From: an uncultured Gemmatimonadales bacterium
GTDB taxonomy: Bacteria; Gemmatimonadota; Gemmatimonadetes; Gemmatimonadales; GWC2-71-9
Assembly: GCA_963779755.1 (NCBI GenBank)
Contig: CAVZZO010000001.1
Location: forward strand, 608,001-672,000
Reading direction: 5' to 3'
DNA: 64,000 bases
The notes under the pieces are model-generated. The model saw only the letters and a list, made by a program, of their open reading frames with translations. It was not told where the DNA came from and did no database searches. Of the stretch, positions 1 through 8,872 are shown one piece after another; positions within the stretch are counted from its first letter, which is position 1; each line of letters starts with the position of its first letter. The position numbers were made by a program, and so were the translations under genes.

Positions 1-452
1 GACAGAATGCGGCCGGTCACCTGCAGGTCGGCACGGTCAAACGCCCACGGGCCGCATCCCGCCATGAACACATACCTGATCTTCGGATTCCGCAGCCGCG
101 ATGAGGCAATGATGGCGATGGCCGCGCCTTTGGAGAAGCCTATCACGGTAATGGACTCGGCGGGAACGCCGGTGCCGAGCAGGCTGTCGACCTGCCGCAC
201 GACGTCGGTGGCAAACGAGTCGGCCCGGATGCCGGCCGGTCGCTGCTCGCTCAGGACGACGGCGCCTCCCTGCCGCAGGCTGTCGAGAATCGCGTCATAC
301 TCATAAGTGCCGTACCGGGGATCGGTGGGGTGGCGCCCCTGCTGTTCGACGATGAGGGCATGGAGGTAGATGATATACCGTGGCACCCCGCTCCGGGCCG
401 GCGACGGGGCCAGGGCCAGTACGGCAAGCATGGTCAGGAGCAGACGGGACAT
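1..452 (-). CDS. Secreted alpha/beta hydrolase, runs off the window edge (not in ORF track)
   Basis: Manual translation MSRLLLTMLAVLALAPSPARSGVPRYIIYLHALIVEQQG...VIGFSKGAAIA; GxSxG nucleophile elbow; GGAGG upstream of ATG at 452. Confidence 0.75.
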   Translation of the reverse strand, partial: MSRLLLTMLAVLALAPSPARSGVPRYIIYLHALIVEQQGRHPTDPRYGTYEYDAILDSLRQGGAVVLSEQRPAGIRADSFATDVVRQVDSLLGTGVPAESITVIGFSKGAAIAIIASSRLRNPKIRYVFMAGCGPWAFDRADLQVTGRIL

Positions 453-552
453 TTCTTCCTCCGTTGCTGGTATGCGGAGCTCCGGTGTGTCTGCCCTCCC
501 AAGTTACGCGTCCCGGATTGCGCGCAAGGGGAGGGCGGCCATCCGCGCAGCT

Positions 553-2613
553 TCACCAGATCCGTACCCGCGCATCCGGCGCCAGGTACAGCTTTTCTCC
601 CGGCTGGACATCGAACGCCGGGTACCAGGCATCCAGGTTGCGCACGGTGAGCGCCCGCCAGGGCCCCGGCGAGTGGCCGTCGGTCAGCAGCCGCCGGCGC
701 AGCAGCGGGTCGCGGTACTTGATCCGCCACACCTGGCCGAAGCTCAGGAAGAACTGCTGGTCGCCGCTGAAATCGTCCCAGGCCGGCGCCTCCGCTCCTC
801 CCAGCGAGGCCCGCCAGGCATCGTAGGCGGAGGTGAGTCCCGCCAGGTCGGCAATATTCTCGGCCAGCGTCAGCTTGCCGTTGATGGCCAGGTCGGGGAA
901 GGGATGGTAGGCGTCGTACTGCCGCACCAGCCGCTCGGTGGCCTGGGCAAAGTGGGCCGAGTCGGCCGGCGTCCACCAGTTCCTGAGGCGGCCGTGAGCG
1001 TCGAAGTTCGAGCCCAGGTTGTCGAAGCTGTGGCTGATCTCGTGGCCGATCACCGCGCCGATGGCGGCGTAATTCATGGCGGCCGGCCGGGCCGGATCGA
1101 AGAAGGGCGGCTCCAGGATGGCCGCGGGGAAGTTCATGGCGTTCATGGCCGGCATGTTTACGGCGTTCACCGTCTGCGGCGTCATGGACCACTCGGAGCG
1201 GTCTACCGGCCGGTGCAGCTTGGCCAGGTTCTCCCGGTACTCGAACCGCTCCACCCGGTCCGCGTTGCCGTAGGCGTCGCCCGCCACGATCTCCACCCCC
1301 TCATAGCCGGGCCAGTGGTCGGGATACCCGACGCTCACGCGCAACGTCCGGAGCTTCGCCTTCGCCTCGGCTTTGGTGGCCGGCGCCATCCAGGCCAGCC
1401 GGTCGATCCGGCGGTTGAATGCCTGGATGATCCCCGCCACCATCGCTTCGGCCTGACGCTTGGCGCGGGGCGGGAAGTAGCGGGCCACGTACAGGCTGCC
1501 GACCGCGAAGCCGAGCGCGTTGCTGGTGGCGTAGACCGCCCGGCGCGCGCGGGGCTCCTGTTCGGGAGAGCCGGTCAGTGTCTTGCCGAAGAAGGCGAAG
1601 GCTTCATGATCGAACGCCGGCGGCAGCACGCCGGCATGATGCTCGACGGCGTGATAGGCCAGCAGGGCCTTCCAGGAATCGAGCGGCTCGCTCGCCACCA
1701 GCGCCGAGAGGCCGGTGATGGCCGACGGCTGCCAGGCCACGAAGGTCTGGATGTCGCCCAGGCCGGCGGCGGTGAAGAACGCGTCCCAGTCGAGCCCCGG
1801 CGCCTTGCGGGGGAAGTCGGCCGGGGCCCAGTGGTTATTCCCCTTCACCACGTCCCAGGTATCCTCCCGGCTCTCGTGAGCGCGGGCGATCTTCGTTTCC
1901 AGCTCAAGGACGGCATCCGCCATGCTCCCCGCCTCGCTGAACCCGGCCAGCGTGAGCATCCGGGCCACGTGCTCCCGGTACTGGTCGCGGACCTGGGCCA
2001 TGGCGGACGCGGTGTCGAGATAGTAGCTCCGGTCGGGCAGCATCAGTCCGCCCTGGAGCAGCGCGGCGGAGTTCCGGGTGGGGGTATCGAAGTCCTGATC
2101 CACCCAGAGGCCGAAGAGATTCTCGGTGTCCAGCCGGCCGTCGTTGATGACATCCACGTCGGCTCGCAGCGTCGCCCCGATGAACCGCGCCAGCGCCGTG
2201 CGGTCGGTGATGGCGGCGATCTGGCCCAGCAGCGGCCGCAAGGGCGAGAGGCCGGCCCGCTCGATGGCCATGGTATCGAGATAAGCGGTGTAGAAGTCGC
2301 CGATCCTGCGCCGGCTGGAGCCGGCCGGCGCCCCGGCCGCCGCGGCGTCCCGGACCAGCTCCGTCAGGCGCTCGCTGGCCCGCTCCGCCGCCACGTTGAA
2401 CGAGCCGTAGGAGCTGCGGTCGGCGGGAATCTCCGCCTCGCGCAGCCAGGTGCCGTTGGCGTAACGGAAGAAATCGTCGCCCGGGCGCACCGAGCGGTCC
2501 ATGCCGGCGGTATCCAGACCGGCGGTGGGGCGCTGGGCGCTGAGCGGCGCCGCCGCGACAAGCAGAAGGGCGACGGCGAGCAGCAGTCGCGGGCGGAAGC
2601 CTGAAGGGCTCAT
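553..2613 (-). CDS. M13 family (neprilysin/PepO-like) zinc metallopeptidase with signal peptide
   Basis: VNA, GHEISH (HExxH), ENIADLAG and DGHSPG motifs; start set at MSPSGFRPRLL. Confidence 0.93.
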   Translation of the reverse strand: MSPSGFRPRLLLAVALLLVAAAPLSAQRPTAGLDTAGMDRSVRPGDDFFRYANGTWLREAEIPADRSSYGSFNVAAERASERLTELVRDAAAAGAPAGSSRRRIGDFYTAYLDTMAIERAGLSPLRPLLGQIAAITDRTALARFIGATLRADVDVINDGRLDTENLFGLWVDQDFDTPTRNSAALLQGGLMLPDRSYYLDTASAMAQVRDQYREHVARMLTLAGFSEAGSMADAVLELETKIARAHESREDTWDVVKGNNHWAPADFPRKAPGLDWDAFFTAAGLGDIQTFVAWQPSAITGLSALVASEPLDSWKALLAYHAVEHHAGVLPPAFDHEAFAFFGKTLTGSPEQEPRARRAVYATSNALGFAVGSLYVARYFPPRAKRQAEAMVAGIIQAFNRRIDRLAWMAPATKAEAKAKLRTLRVSVGYPDHWPGYEGVEIVAGDAYGNADRVERFEYRENLAKLHRPVDRSEWSMTPQTVNAVNMPAMNAMNFPAAILEPPFFDPARPAAMNYAAIGAVIGHEISHSFDNLGSNFDAHGRLRNWWTPADSAHFAQATERLVRQYDAYHPFPDLAINGKLTLAENIADLAGLTSAYDAWRASLGGAEAPAWDDFSGDQQFFLSFGQVWRIKYRDPLLRRRLLTDGHSPGPWRALTVRNLDAWYPAFDVQPGEKLYLAPDARVRIW

Positions 2614-2756
2614 GGCGTCTCCGGAATCACGGTGGTTGAACGGGAAGCTAATGTACTCGCCGCCGCCCGTATCCGGGGAGCCGCCCGCGCCCACTTGACG
2701 GCGGAACCCGTCTCGGGAACCGGTCGGCGGCCGGTAGCGAAGGGCAGTCGCCGGGG

Positions 2757-3113
2757 CTAGGGCGTCGCCGCCAGCACGATACTCACGTCCTGCGTCTCCG
2801 CCGTGGCGCACCCGCAGGATGGGGAGATCCCCGCGACGTCTACTGACCGCTGGCTACTCTGGTAGCCTGGAGCGCTCACGGTGAGGCTGTAACTCCCCGG
2901 CAGGCCCACGATGGTACAGCTCGAATCGCAGGGCAGGGTGCCGCTCATGGGGCCGGCAAAATCCACCGTGGCCCCCGGCACCGAGCCGGTCGAGCCCTGG
3001 GCACTCACCTGCAACCTGATGGCGATGGGCGCGGCGCAGGGCAGCGCCAGGCAGTCCGTGCCGCTGCAGGCGGGAAGCAGGGCCAGCGCGAGAACCGCCA
3101 CCTGCTTCAACAT
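2757..3113 (-). CDS. Small lipoprotein with PEGA/carboxypeptidase-regulatory-like beta domain
   Basis: LPAC lipobox; GLPGSYSLTVSAPGYQ motif. Confidence 0.6.
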   Translation of the reverse strand: MLKQVAVLALALLPACSGTDCLALPCAAPIAIRLQVSAQGSTGSVPGATVDFAGPMSGTLPCDSSCTIVGLPGSYSLTVSAPGYQSSQRSVDVAGISPSCGCATAETQDVSIVLAATP

Positions 3114-3239
3114 GGAAACCTCCCCGTTCGACGTCCTCATGGTTGGCTCCGTCTCTCCTGAGGGGCTCGGCCCCTCCACTCCTGCCCACGTCCTGGTGAC
3201 CACCCGGACCGCACAGCGCCGTCCGTTACCTGGCCCGGG

Positions 3240-3725
3240 TCAGTCGGCGGCAGGTGTTTCGGCCCGCGCGCGTTGCAGCGAGAATGATCCGTTGGGGGGT
3301 GTGCCGCCCGGCATTTCCTGGGTCCAGTGCCCGGTTACGCTGTCGCCGGCCAGCCGCCCCGCGAACCCCAGGTTGCCACAGTTGGTGCAGCGGCCCGTCA
3401 GCCGCAGGTAGAGCACCACCGCGCTGTCGGCGGCGAGAAAGGCGGAAGCGCTGGAATCACTGGGGGGCGCGGGAAGCCAGGCGCCGTTCTGGAGCTGGAA
3501 ACTGCCCTCGAGCGTTCCGCCCTTCAGTACCTGGGGCACCTCGGGATCGGCCGTGTCCGACGGGGCCAGAGTAACCAGGGCATGCAGGTCGTCGTAACCG
3601 GACCGGTGCGCTACCAGCTCCCAGCGGCCGGCCAGCCGGGCGGCGTCTCCGGGGACCGGGTCTTCCCCCGCCCGGGAACAGGCGGCGAGGGCAAGAAGCG
3701 CTACCAGCAGACAGCGAGTCGGCAT
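3240..3725 (-). CDS. Hypothetical lipoprotein
   Basis: LAAC lipobox; beta-rich body; CTNC motif. Confidence 0.6.
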   Translation of the reverse strand: MPTRCLLVALLALAACSRAGEDPVPGDAARLAGRWELVAHRSGYDDLHALVTLAPSDTADPEVPQVLKGGTLEGSFQLQNGAWLPAPPSDSSASAFLAADSAVVLYLRLTGRCTNCGNLGFAGRLAGDSVTGHWTQEMPGGTPPNGSFSLQRARAETPAAD

Positions 3726-3761
3726 GATGATATGAGGCTCATGGTGATGTCTTCCGGGATG

Positions 3762-4892
3762 CTATGCCTTCCGCCCCACCAGGCGCCAGAACTGCGCCTC
3801 CCCGATGATCGTTACCCGGTGGCCCTTGGCGGCCAGTCGCCTGATTTCCAGCAGCTTGGTCCCGCCGTCCTTCCCCGCCACCTGGAGCGCGTTGGGGCGG
3901 CCCCGCACCAGGATATCGGTGGATGGGCCCAGCGACGACTGCGCCGTCGCGCCGGCGCGGCGCGCCGCCTTGATGGCCTCGCTGCGCGGCAGCTTGAGGA
4001 AGCCGGTGAAGGCGATCCGCCTGCCCTTGAGGCTCCGCACCCGGCCCGTGGCCAGCTCCTTGGGCCGGTGACGCAGCGCCGTAATCAGCTCGCCGGCCGA
4101 TTCGTAGCGCTTGCCCCGCGCGCCCAGGCAGCGGTGAATGACTTCCTTCAGGTGATCGCTGCAGGGCAGCTTGCGGACGTCTTTGCTCCGCATGGGGCTG
4201 TGGATGTCGCCCCGGAGCAGCATGGCGATCAGTTGCCCCACCTGGTAGACGTCGTCCTTCTGCTGCCACTTCCGCACCTTGCCCCAGGCGATCTCGGTGG
4301 GCGCGTTGAGCGGATTGAAGGCATCGGCGGTCACGCCGCGGCTGTTGGCCTGGTGCGCGGCGATGCCGAAGTCGCCCAGCTTCAGGATCTCATTCTCGCA
4401 GACGAACACATTGAACGGCGTCAGGTCCCGGTGCATCGCCTGGCCCCGGTGCAGCACATCGAGCGTCTTGAGGATGGCCGCGATCTCCTGGCGCACAAAG
4501 CGCTCCGTCCGCGCGCCCTTGGCCTCCAGCCAGGCGCCCAGGTCGCCGTGCTCGGCGTACTCCATCACCAGGCAGTAGCGCATCCGGGCGGGCTCGGGCT
4601 CCACGAAGCGATCGAACACCCGGAGCGCGCGGGCCTTCCCCGCCAGTAGCTGGGCGAAATAGGCCTCGCGCACCCAGCCGGCGATGGCGTAGCTGATCTT
4701 GACGCACACCCGCGGCGGCAGCCCCCGCGCCGGTACCGGCGTGGCGAGGTAGATCTCCCCGAAGCCGCCTTTGCCGATCAGGCTGTCCAGCTGATAACTC
4801 CGGCCCGTCTCGCTGCTGTAGACGGGGGGCAGCGCGGGGCGCGGCACCTCGGCGAGTGGCGCGGGCTGAAGGCGACGGCGCGCGGTGGGCAT
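3762..4892 (-). CDS. Soluble Ser/Thr protein kinase with C-terminal BRCT-like domain
   Basis: GKGGFG, VCVK, HRDLTPFN, DFG and APTE motifs; C-terminus RIAFTGFL..RSEA...AGA...TDILVRG...K...IIGEAQFWRLV matches the BRCT pattern. Confidence 0.88.
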   Translation of the reverse strand: MPTARRRLQPAPLAEVPRPALPPVYSSETGRSYQLDSLIGKGGFGEIYLATPVPARGLPPRVCVKISYAIAGWVREAYFAQLLAGKARALRVFDRFVEPEPARMRYCLVMEYAEHGDLGAWLEAKGARTERFVRQEIAAILKTLDVLHRGQAMHRDLTPFNVFVCENEILKLGDFGIAAHQANSRGVTADAFNPLNAPTEIAWGKVRKWQQKDDVYQVGQLIAMLLRGDIHSPMRSKDVRKLPCSDHLKEVIHRCLGARGKRYESAGELITALRHRPKELATGRVRSLKGRRIAFTGFLKLPRSEAIKAARRAGATAQSSLGPSTDILVRGRPNALQVAGKDGGTKLLEIRRLAAKGHRVTIIGEAQFWRLVGRKA

Positions 4893-5026
4893 GGGTGGTA
4901 AAATGGGGGACGGCCGGCGGTCTCACAATCGGGTGCCAGCCTGCCGTGCACCCATCGCCCGGCCGGGCGTCTCCAGAACCGAACCGATCCTCACCCTTCC
5001 TCTCCTCTCGACCCCGGAGCGCAGCG

Positions 5027-5494
5027 ATGACCCCGAAGCCGAGCCCCGCCCGCTGGGTAGTGCTGGGCGGCCTGGTGGCAGGTGCCTTTGACATCACCTA
5101 CGCCGGAGTCTTCTGGTGGATCAAGGCGGACGTGCCGGTCCGGCGGATCTTCCAGTCGGTGGCGTCGGGGCTGCTCGGGAAGGCCAGCTTCGAGGGTGGG
5201 TGGGCGACCGCCATCCTCGGCCTGGGCCTGCATTTCCTGATCGCGGTATCCATGTCGACGGCCTACTACCTGGTGTCGTTGCGCTGGGAGGCACTCTGGC
5301 GGCGGCCGCTGGCCTTCGGCCCCCTGTACGGTGTGCTCCTCTACGGCATCATGTACTACGTGGTCGTTCCGCTCTCCCGCGCCGCCGGCAGCCGGCCCGG
5401 CAACAACCTGTGGACCTGGATGAGTATCGCGGTGCACATGTTCCTGATCGCCACCCCCATGGCACTGGCGACGGCGAGGGCGCATCGCGAGTAG
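5027..5494 (+). CDS. Integral membrane protein (about 4 TM)
   Basis: Hydrophobic helices; IFQSVASGLLG and LHFLIA motifs. Confidence 0.75.
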   Translation: MTPKPSPARWVVLGGLVAGAFDITYAGVFWWIKADVPVRRIFQSVASGLLGKASFEGGWATAILGLGLHFLIAVSMSTAYYLVSLRWEALWRRPLAFGPLYGVLLYGIMYYVVVPLSRAAGSRPGNNLWTWMSIAVHMFLIATPMALATARAHRE

Positions 5495-5498
5495 AGAG

Positions 5499-5591
5499 AG
5501 GGGACAGGGACAGGGGACAAGGGAGAAGGGACAAGGGACAGGGGATCTCTGTGCACGCCGTCCCTTGTCCCTTGTCCCTTGTCCCCCGTCC
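5499..5591. repeat. Inverted heptamer tandem repeat, (GGGACAA-like)n ... (TTGTCCC)n hairpin
   Basis: gggacagggacaggggacaagggagaagggacaagggacagg followed by gtcccttgtcccttgtcccttgtcccccgtcc. Confidence 0.85.
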
Positions 5592-5643
5592 TTCATACAA
5601 TCCTGTTGCCGGCTGCCCCGTTTCCACCCGACCCGAGGTTTCC

Positions 5644-6024
5644 ATGCAGTTCATGCTGCTGATCTATACCGATCCTGCGCTGATGGATTCGCTCTCCGAG
5701 TCCACCGCCGACGGCATGATGCGCGACTGCTTCGCGCATACCGATGTCCTGAAGCGCGATGGGCAGTTGTACGAATCGCAGATGCTCCAGGCCCCGTCCA
5801 CCGCCAGGTCGGTGCGGATCCGCGACGGACGGCCCAGCGTCGTGGACGGCCCCTACGCCGAGGCCAAGGAGGTGCTCGGCGGCTTCAACCTGATCGAGGC
5901 GGACAGCATGGAGGAGGCGGTTCAGATCGCCCTGCACTTCCCCTGGGCCCGCACCGGATGCGTCGAGGTGCGTCCGGTCGAGGACATCGAGGCGGTACGA
6001 CAGCGGGTGACCCGCCACTCGTAA
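5644..6024 (+). CDS. YciI/DGPF family protein
   Basis: MQFMLLIY; DGPYAEAKEVLGGF; VEVRPV. Confidence 0.9.
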   Translation: MQFMLLIYTDPALMDSLSESTADGMMRDCFAHTDVLKRDGQLYESQMLQAPSTARSVRIRDGRPSVVDGPYAEAKEVLGGFNLIEADSMEEAVQIALHFPWARTGCVEVRPVEDIEAVRQRVTRHS

Positions 6025-6094
6025 GTGCGGGTGCCGCCGGTGCTGGTCTACACGAGTGGGATGGCCGGCCGGACTTCGTGGAAGCCGGCGCCTG

Positions 6095-6637
6095 TCAGGA
6101 ACGCCCGGCCTGTTTTCGTCCCTCCACCGCCATGTAGGTCACGGTATCCCAGGCATTGTGGATCCCGTCCGCCAGGAGCAGCAGCGCCATGGCGCCGATG
6201 GTAAAGAGGGCGGGCCCGGGATGGAACGGCAGCAGGATGGCACCTATGGTGATGACCACATATGCCACCAGAGGAATGATCACGTGCCAGATCCAGTCCT
6301 CCAGCACCGGCCGGTATCCGGTAGTCCGGCGCGCGCGCCGGGCGACGATCAGCGTGTATATCAGGCCGCCCAATCCGGCGGCACCCATGATCGTCGCCAC
6401 GCTGGCCAGCCGGTGCCAGGGCGCCAGGATTGCGGCCGACAGGAACAGCACCATGCAGAAATGGACCACGGTTGGCGTGCCGAAGGCGTTCACCTCGGTC
6501 AGCGACCCGGGGGGATGAACCTCGGCGCCCAGCGTGATGACCACGAACTGCAGCCCCAGCAGCACCGCGGCGGACGGGCCGACGATAAGATAGAACGATT
6601 CCCACGCGGTGATGGCTGTCAGCATGCCCTGGTCCAT
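6095..6637 (-). CDS. Conserved hypothetical membrane protein
   Basis: WESFY...LLGLQFV, AFGTPTVVHF and GIHNAWD motifs; 5-6 TM helices. Confidence 0.75.
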   Translation of the reverse strand: MDQGMLTAITAWESFYLIVGPSAAVLLGLQFVVITLGAEVHPPGSLTEVNAFGTPTVVHFCMVLFLSAAILAPWHRLASVATIMGAAGLGGLIYTLIVARRARRTTGYRPVLEDWIWHVIIPLVAYVVITIGAILLPFHPGPALFTIGAMALLLLADGIHNAWDTVTYMAVEGRKQAGRS

Positions 6638-6713
6638 GGGTGGTTCTCCGGTCAAGCGGACGTGGTCGTCTCTCCCCTGAGCCAGCCCCGTCCGGGGTGG
6701 CAATGCGGCCTGT

Positions 6714-7073
6714 CTACATATCCTCCACCGGCCGGACCTCGCACACCCCGTCGAACGCCGGCCAGTGCACCCGGTGCAGCTCCATGAACCGCCGCGCTAC
6801 CTCCCGGGCCTTCTCATCGGACTCCACCTCCACCAGCGCGTACCCGCCCACCAGCTCCTTGGCCTCGGTGAAGGGGCCGTCGGTGACCGTCAGCCTGCCG
6901 CCGCTGGAGCGCACCCGGAATCCGCTGGCCGATTCCTTGAGCCCGGCGGTGTCCTTGAGCCAGCCGCCGGCGAACCCCTCGTTGACGAATTCGCCCATCG
7001 CATCCAGCAGCCCCTGGGGGATGGGCTGGGAGCGGTAGGTTTCGGAATGCTCGATCAGCATCAGGTATTTCAT
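6714..7073 (-). CDS. YciI/DGPF family protein
   Basis: TDGPFTEAKELVGGY; CEVRPV. Confidence 0.9.
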   Translation of the reverse strand: MKYLMLIEHSETYRSQPIPQGLLDAMGEFVNEGFAGGWLKDTAGLKESASGFRVRSSGGRLTVTDGPFTEAKELVGGYALVEVESDEKAREVARRFMELHRVHWPAFDGVCEVRPVEDM

Positions 7074-7167
7074 GGTCCAATCTCCTTTCGGGCAATCGCT
7101 TGCCCCGCCGTCAGTCAGGTGAGAGTGCGGCCCCACACTCGGTGCCGCTCCCGGTTTTCTCTCCCAC

Positions 7168-7194
7168 GTCGATCGGGGCGGGGGGGAATCGACA
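7168..7194 (-). promoter_or_regulatory. ECF42-like promoter TGTCGA-N17-CGAC upstream of the DGPF gene
   Basis: Minus strand TGTCGAttcccccccgccccgatCGAC; the motif recurs at three other intergenic sites. Confidence 0.65.
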
Positions 7195-7316
7195 GCCGGC
7201 GGATCACCGGTCTCACGCCTTACGTCCCACCCGCCCGCGGGGCACGGGCGAGCGAGGCAGACACCGGGCGGGCCCGGCGCGACAGGACCACAGCTGCCGC
7301 TGCCTCGAGCGCCGGA

Positions 7317-7868
7317 TCAACCAGATCGAGGCACCTCGTAGTGCAGCTCGGCGAACCCGGTGCCCACCGCCCGCACCGAGACCAGCCGAAGCGGCGGGCT
7401 GGTGATGGTCCTGGGCAGGAGGGGCTTCCCTGCGCCCAGGGTCACCGATCCGATCTGGATATACAGCTCATCCAGCAGACCCTGATCGTGGAACTGACCC
7501 GCCAGATCGCCGCCGCCCACGATCCAGACGTTCTTGCCGCCCGCGGCAGCCATCATTTCCCGGTGTACCGGACGCACATCGCCACGTACGAACCGGATGT
7601 CGGCACCAGGCACCGGCGGCAGCCGGCGGGAGGTGAACACCCAGAGGGGCTGCTGGTAAGGCCAGGGCCTGGGATCGGCTCCACTCACGACATGGCGCAG
7701 CATCCACTCGTACGTGGTGGAACCCATGGCCAGGGCCCCGACGTGCCGAATGAACTCGGGATAACTCGTATCCTCGATATTCCCGAGCGGGAAGAGCCAC
7801 TCCAGGGAATCGTCGGTAGTGGCGATGAACCCGTCCAGGCTCGCCGCGGTGTAGTATTGGGTCTTCAT
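7317..7868 (-). CDS. Dihydrofolate reductase / RibD C-terminal domain protein
   Basis: ASLDGFIA, MGSTTY, WIVGGG, LLDEL and LGAGKPL motifs. Confidence 0.9.
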   Translation of the reverse strand: MKTQYYTAASLDGFIATTDDSLEWLFPLGNIEDTSYPEFIRHVGALAMGSTTYEWMLRHVVSGADPRPWPYQQPLWVFTSRRLPPVPGADIRFVRGDVRPVHREMMAAAGGKNVWIVGGGDLAGQFHDQGLLDELYIQIGSVTLGAGKPLLPRTITSPPLRLVSVRAVGTGFAELHYEVPRSG

Positions 7869-7987
7869 GACGGCCAACCTACGAGCGCGGGATCGGAGAG
7901 GCCAGCCCCCCGGCCCGCACGGAGGCGTGCGATGCGCCGGCGTGTGGCAGCCCCACCCCCTGAGCCTCAGGCTGGACAGGATCGAGC

Positions 7988-8757
7988 ATGCGACCCTTCG
8001 CCGACCATCTGGAACTGACAGGGGTGCGTTTCGACGGTTCAGGCCGCCGGTTCGGCCAGGCCGCGGCACCGGGGCGGTTGCGAGCCGCCGGTCTGTCCCG
8101 GACCCTCCCGGGGGCGCGCCTTACGTCCGACATCATCGTGTCCCGTCCCGACCCCGCCCGGGGAATTCAGGCCGGCTTCGTGAATGAACGGGCGCTGCTC
8201 GAAATGGTGGAAGCCGTCTATGGCCGGGTGCGTGAGACCGTGGAACATGGTCGCTTCCCGCTCCTGTACGGCGCCGACTGCGCCGTGCTGCTCGGCGCCG
8301 TACCGGCGATCCGGGATGTCGGCGGTACCGCGGCGCTCCTGTTCGTCGACGGCCATGAAGACGCGACCACCATGGAACAGTCGGCCACCGGCGAGGCCGC
8401 GAACATGGAAATCGCGCTGCTGGTGGGCATGACCGGTGAGCACGCGCCGCAGGCGATGCGGGATCGCTTGCCGGCGCTGGCGCCTGATGCGGTGGAAATG
8501 CTGGGTCAGCGCGATGCCGGGTACCGGCAACGGATCGGGGTGCCCAGCGTCGGCGATCGTATCCGCCTCCATGGCGCGGAGGAGCTCCGCGGGGCCCGGG
8601 ACTGACCTGGGCGCAGCTCACGGCCCTGACCTCGGCCGTGGTACGGGCGGATGGCTGCCGCGGCTGGAGTCTCGGTGTGTACAATGCCGACCTGGATCCC
8701 GATGGCGCGGCGGCGGAACGGATCGTCGCCTACCTCGGCGAGGTAGCGGGCAGCTAG
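7988..8757 (+). pseudogene. Arginase/ureohydrolase family gene with an internal deletion and frameshift near 8595
   Basis: GADC and DGHED motifs in 7988-8605; C-terminus GLTWAQL...YNADLDPDG in another frame ending TAG 8757; HxDxD segment absent. Confidence 0.7.
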
Positions 8758-8872
8758 CTCCCCGCCGGCTTCAACGACTGGAGACCGCTGCCCCCGGGGA
8801 TCGAAATGCCGCGCGGCTTTCGGGTATGGCTCCTGCCGAAGATCTCGCAGGGCCCAGGCCGCCTCCGGGGTC

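Noticed and set aside
370..2604. 744-aa plus-strand ORF and other long antisense ORFs (e.g. 13749-15500, 25922-27664, 42778-44946)
   Set aside because: Shadow frames of well-supported genes in high-GC DNA
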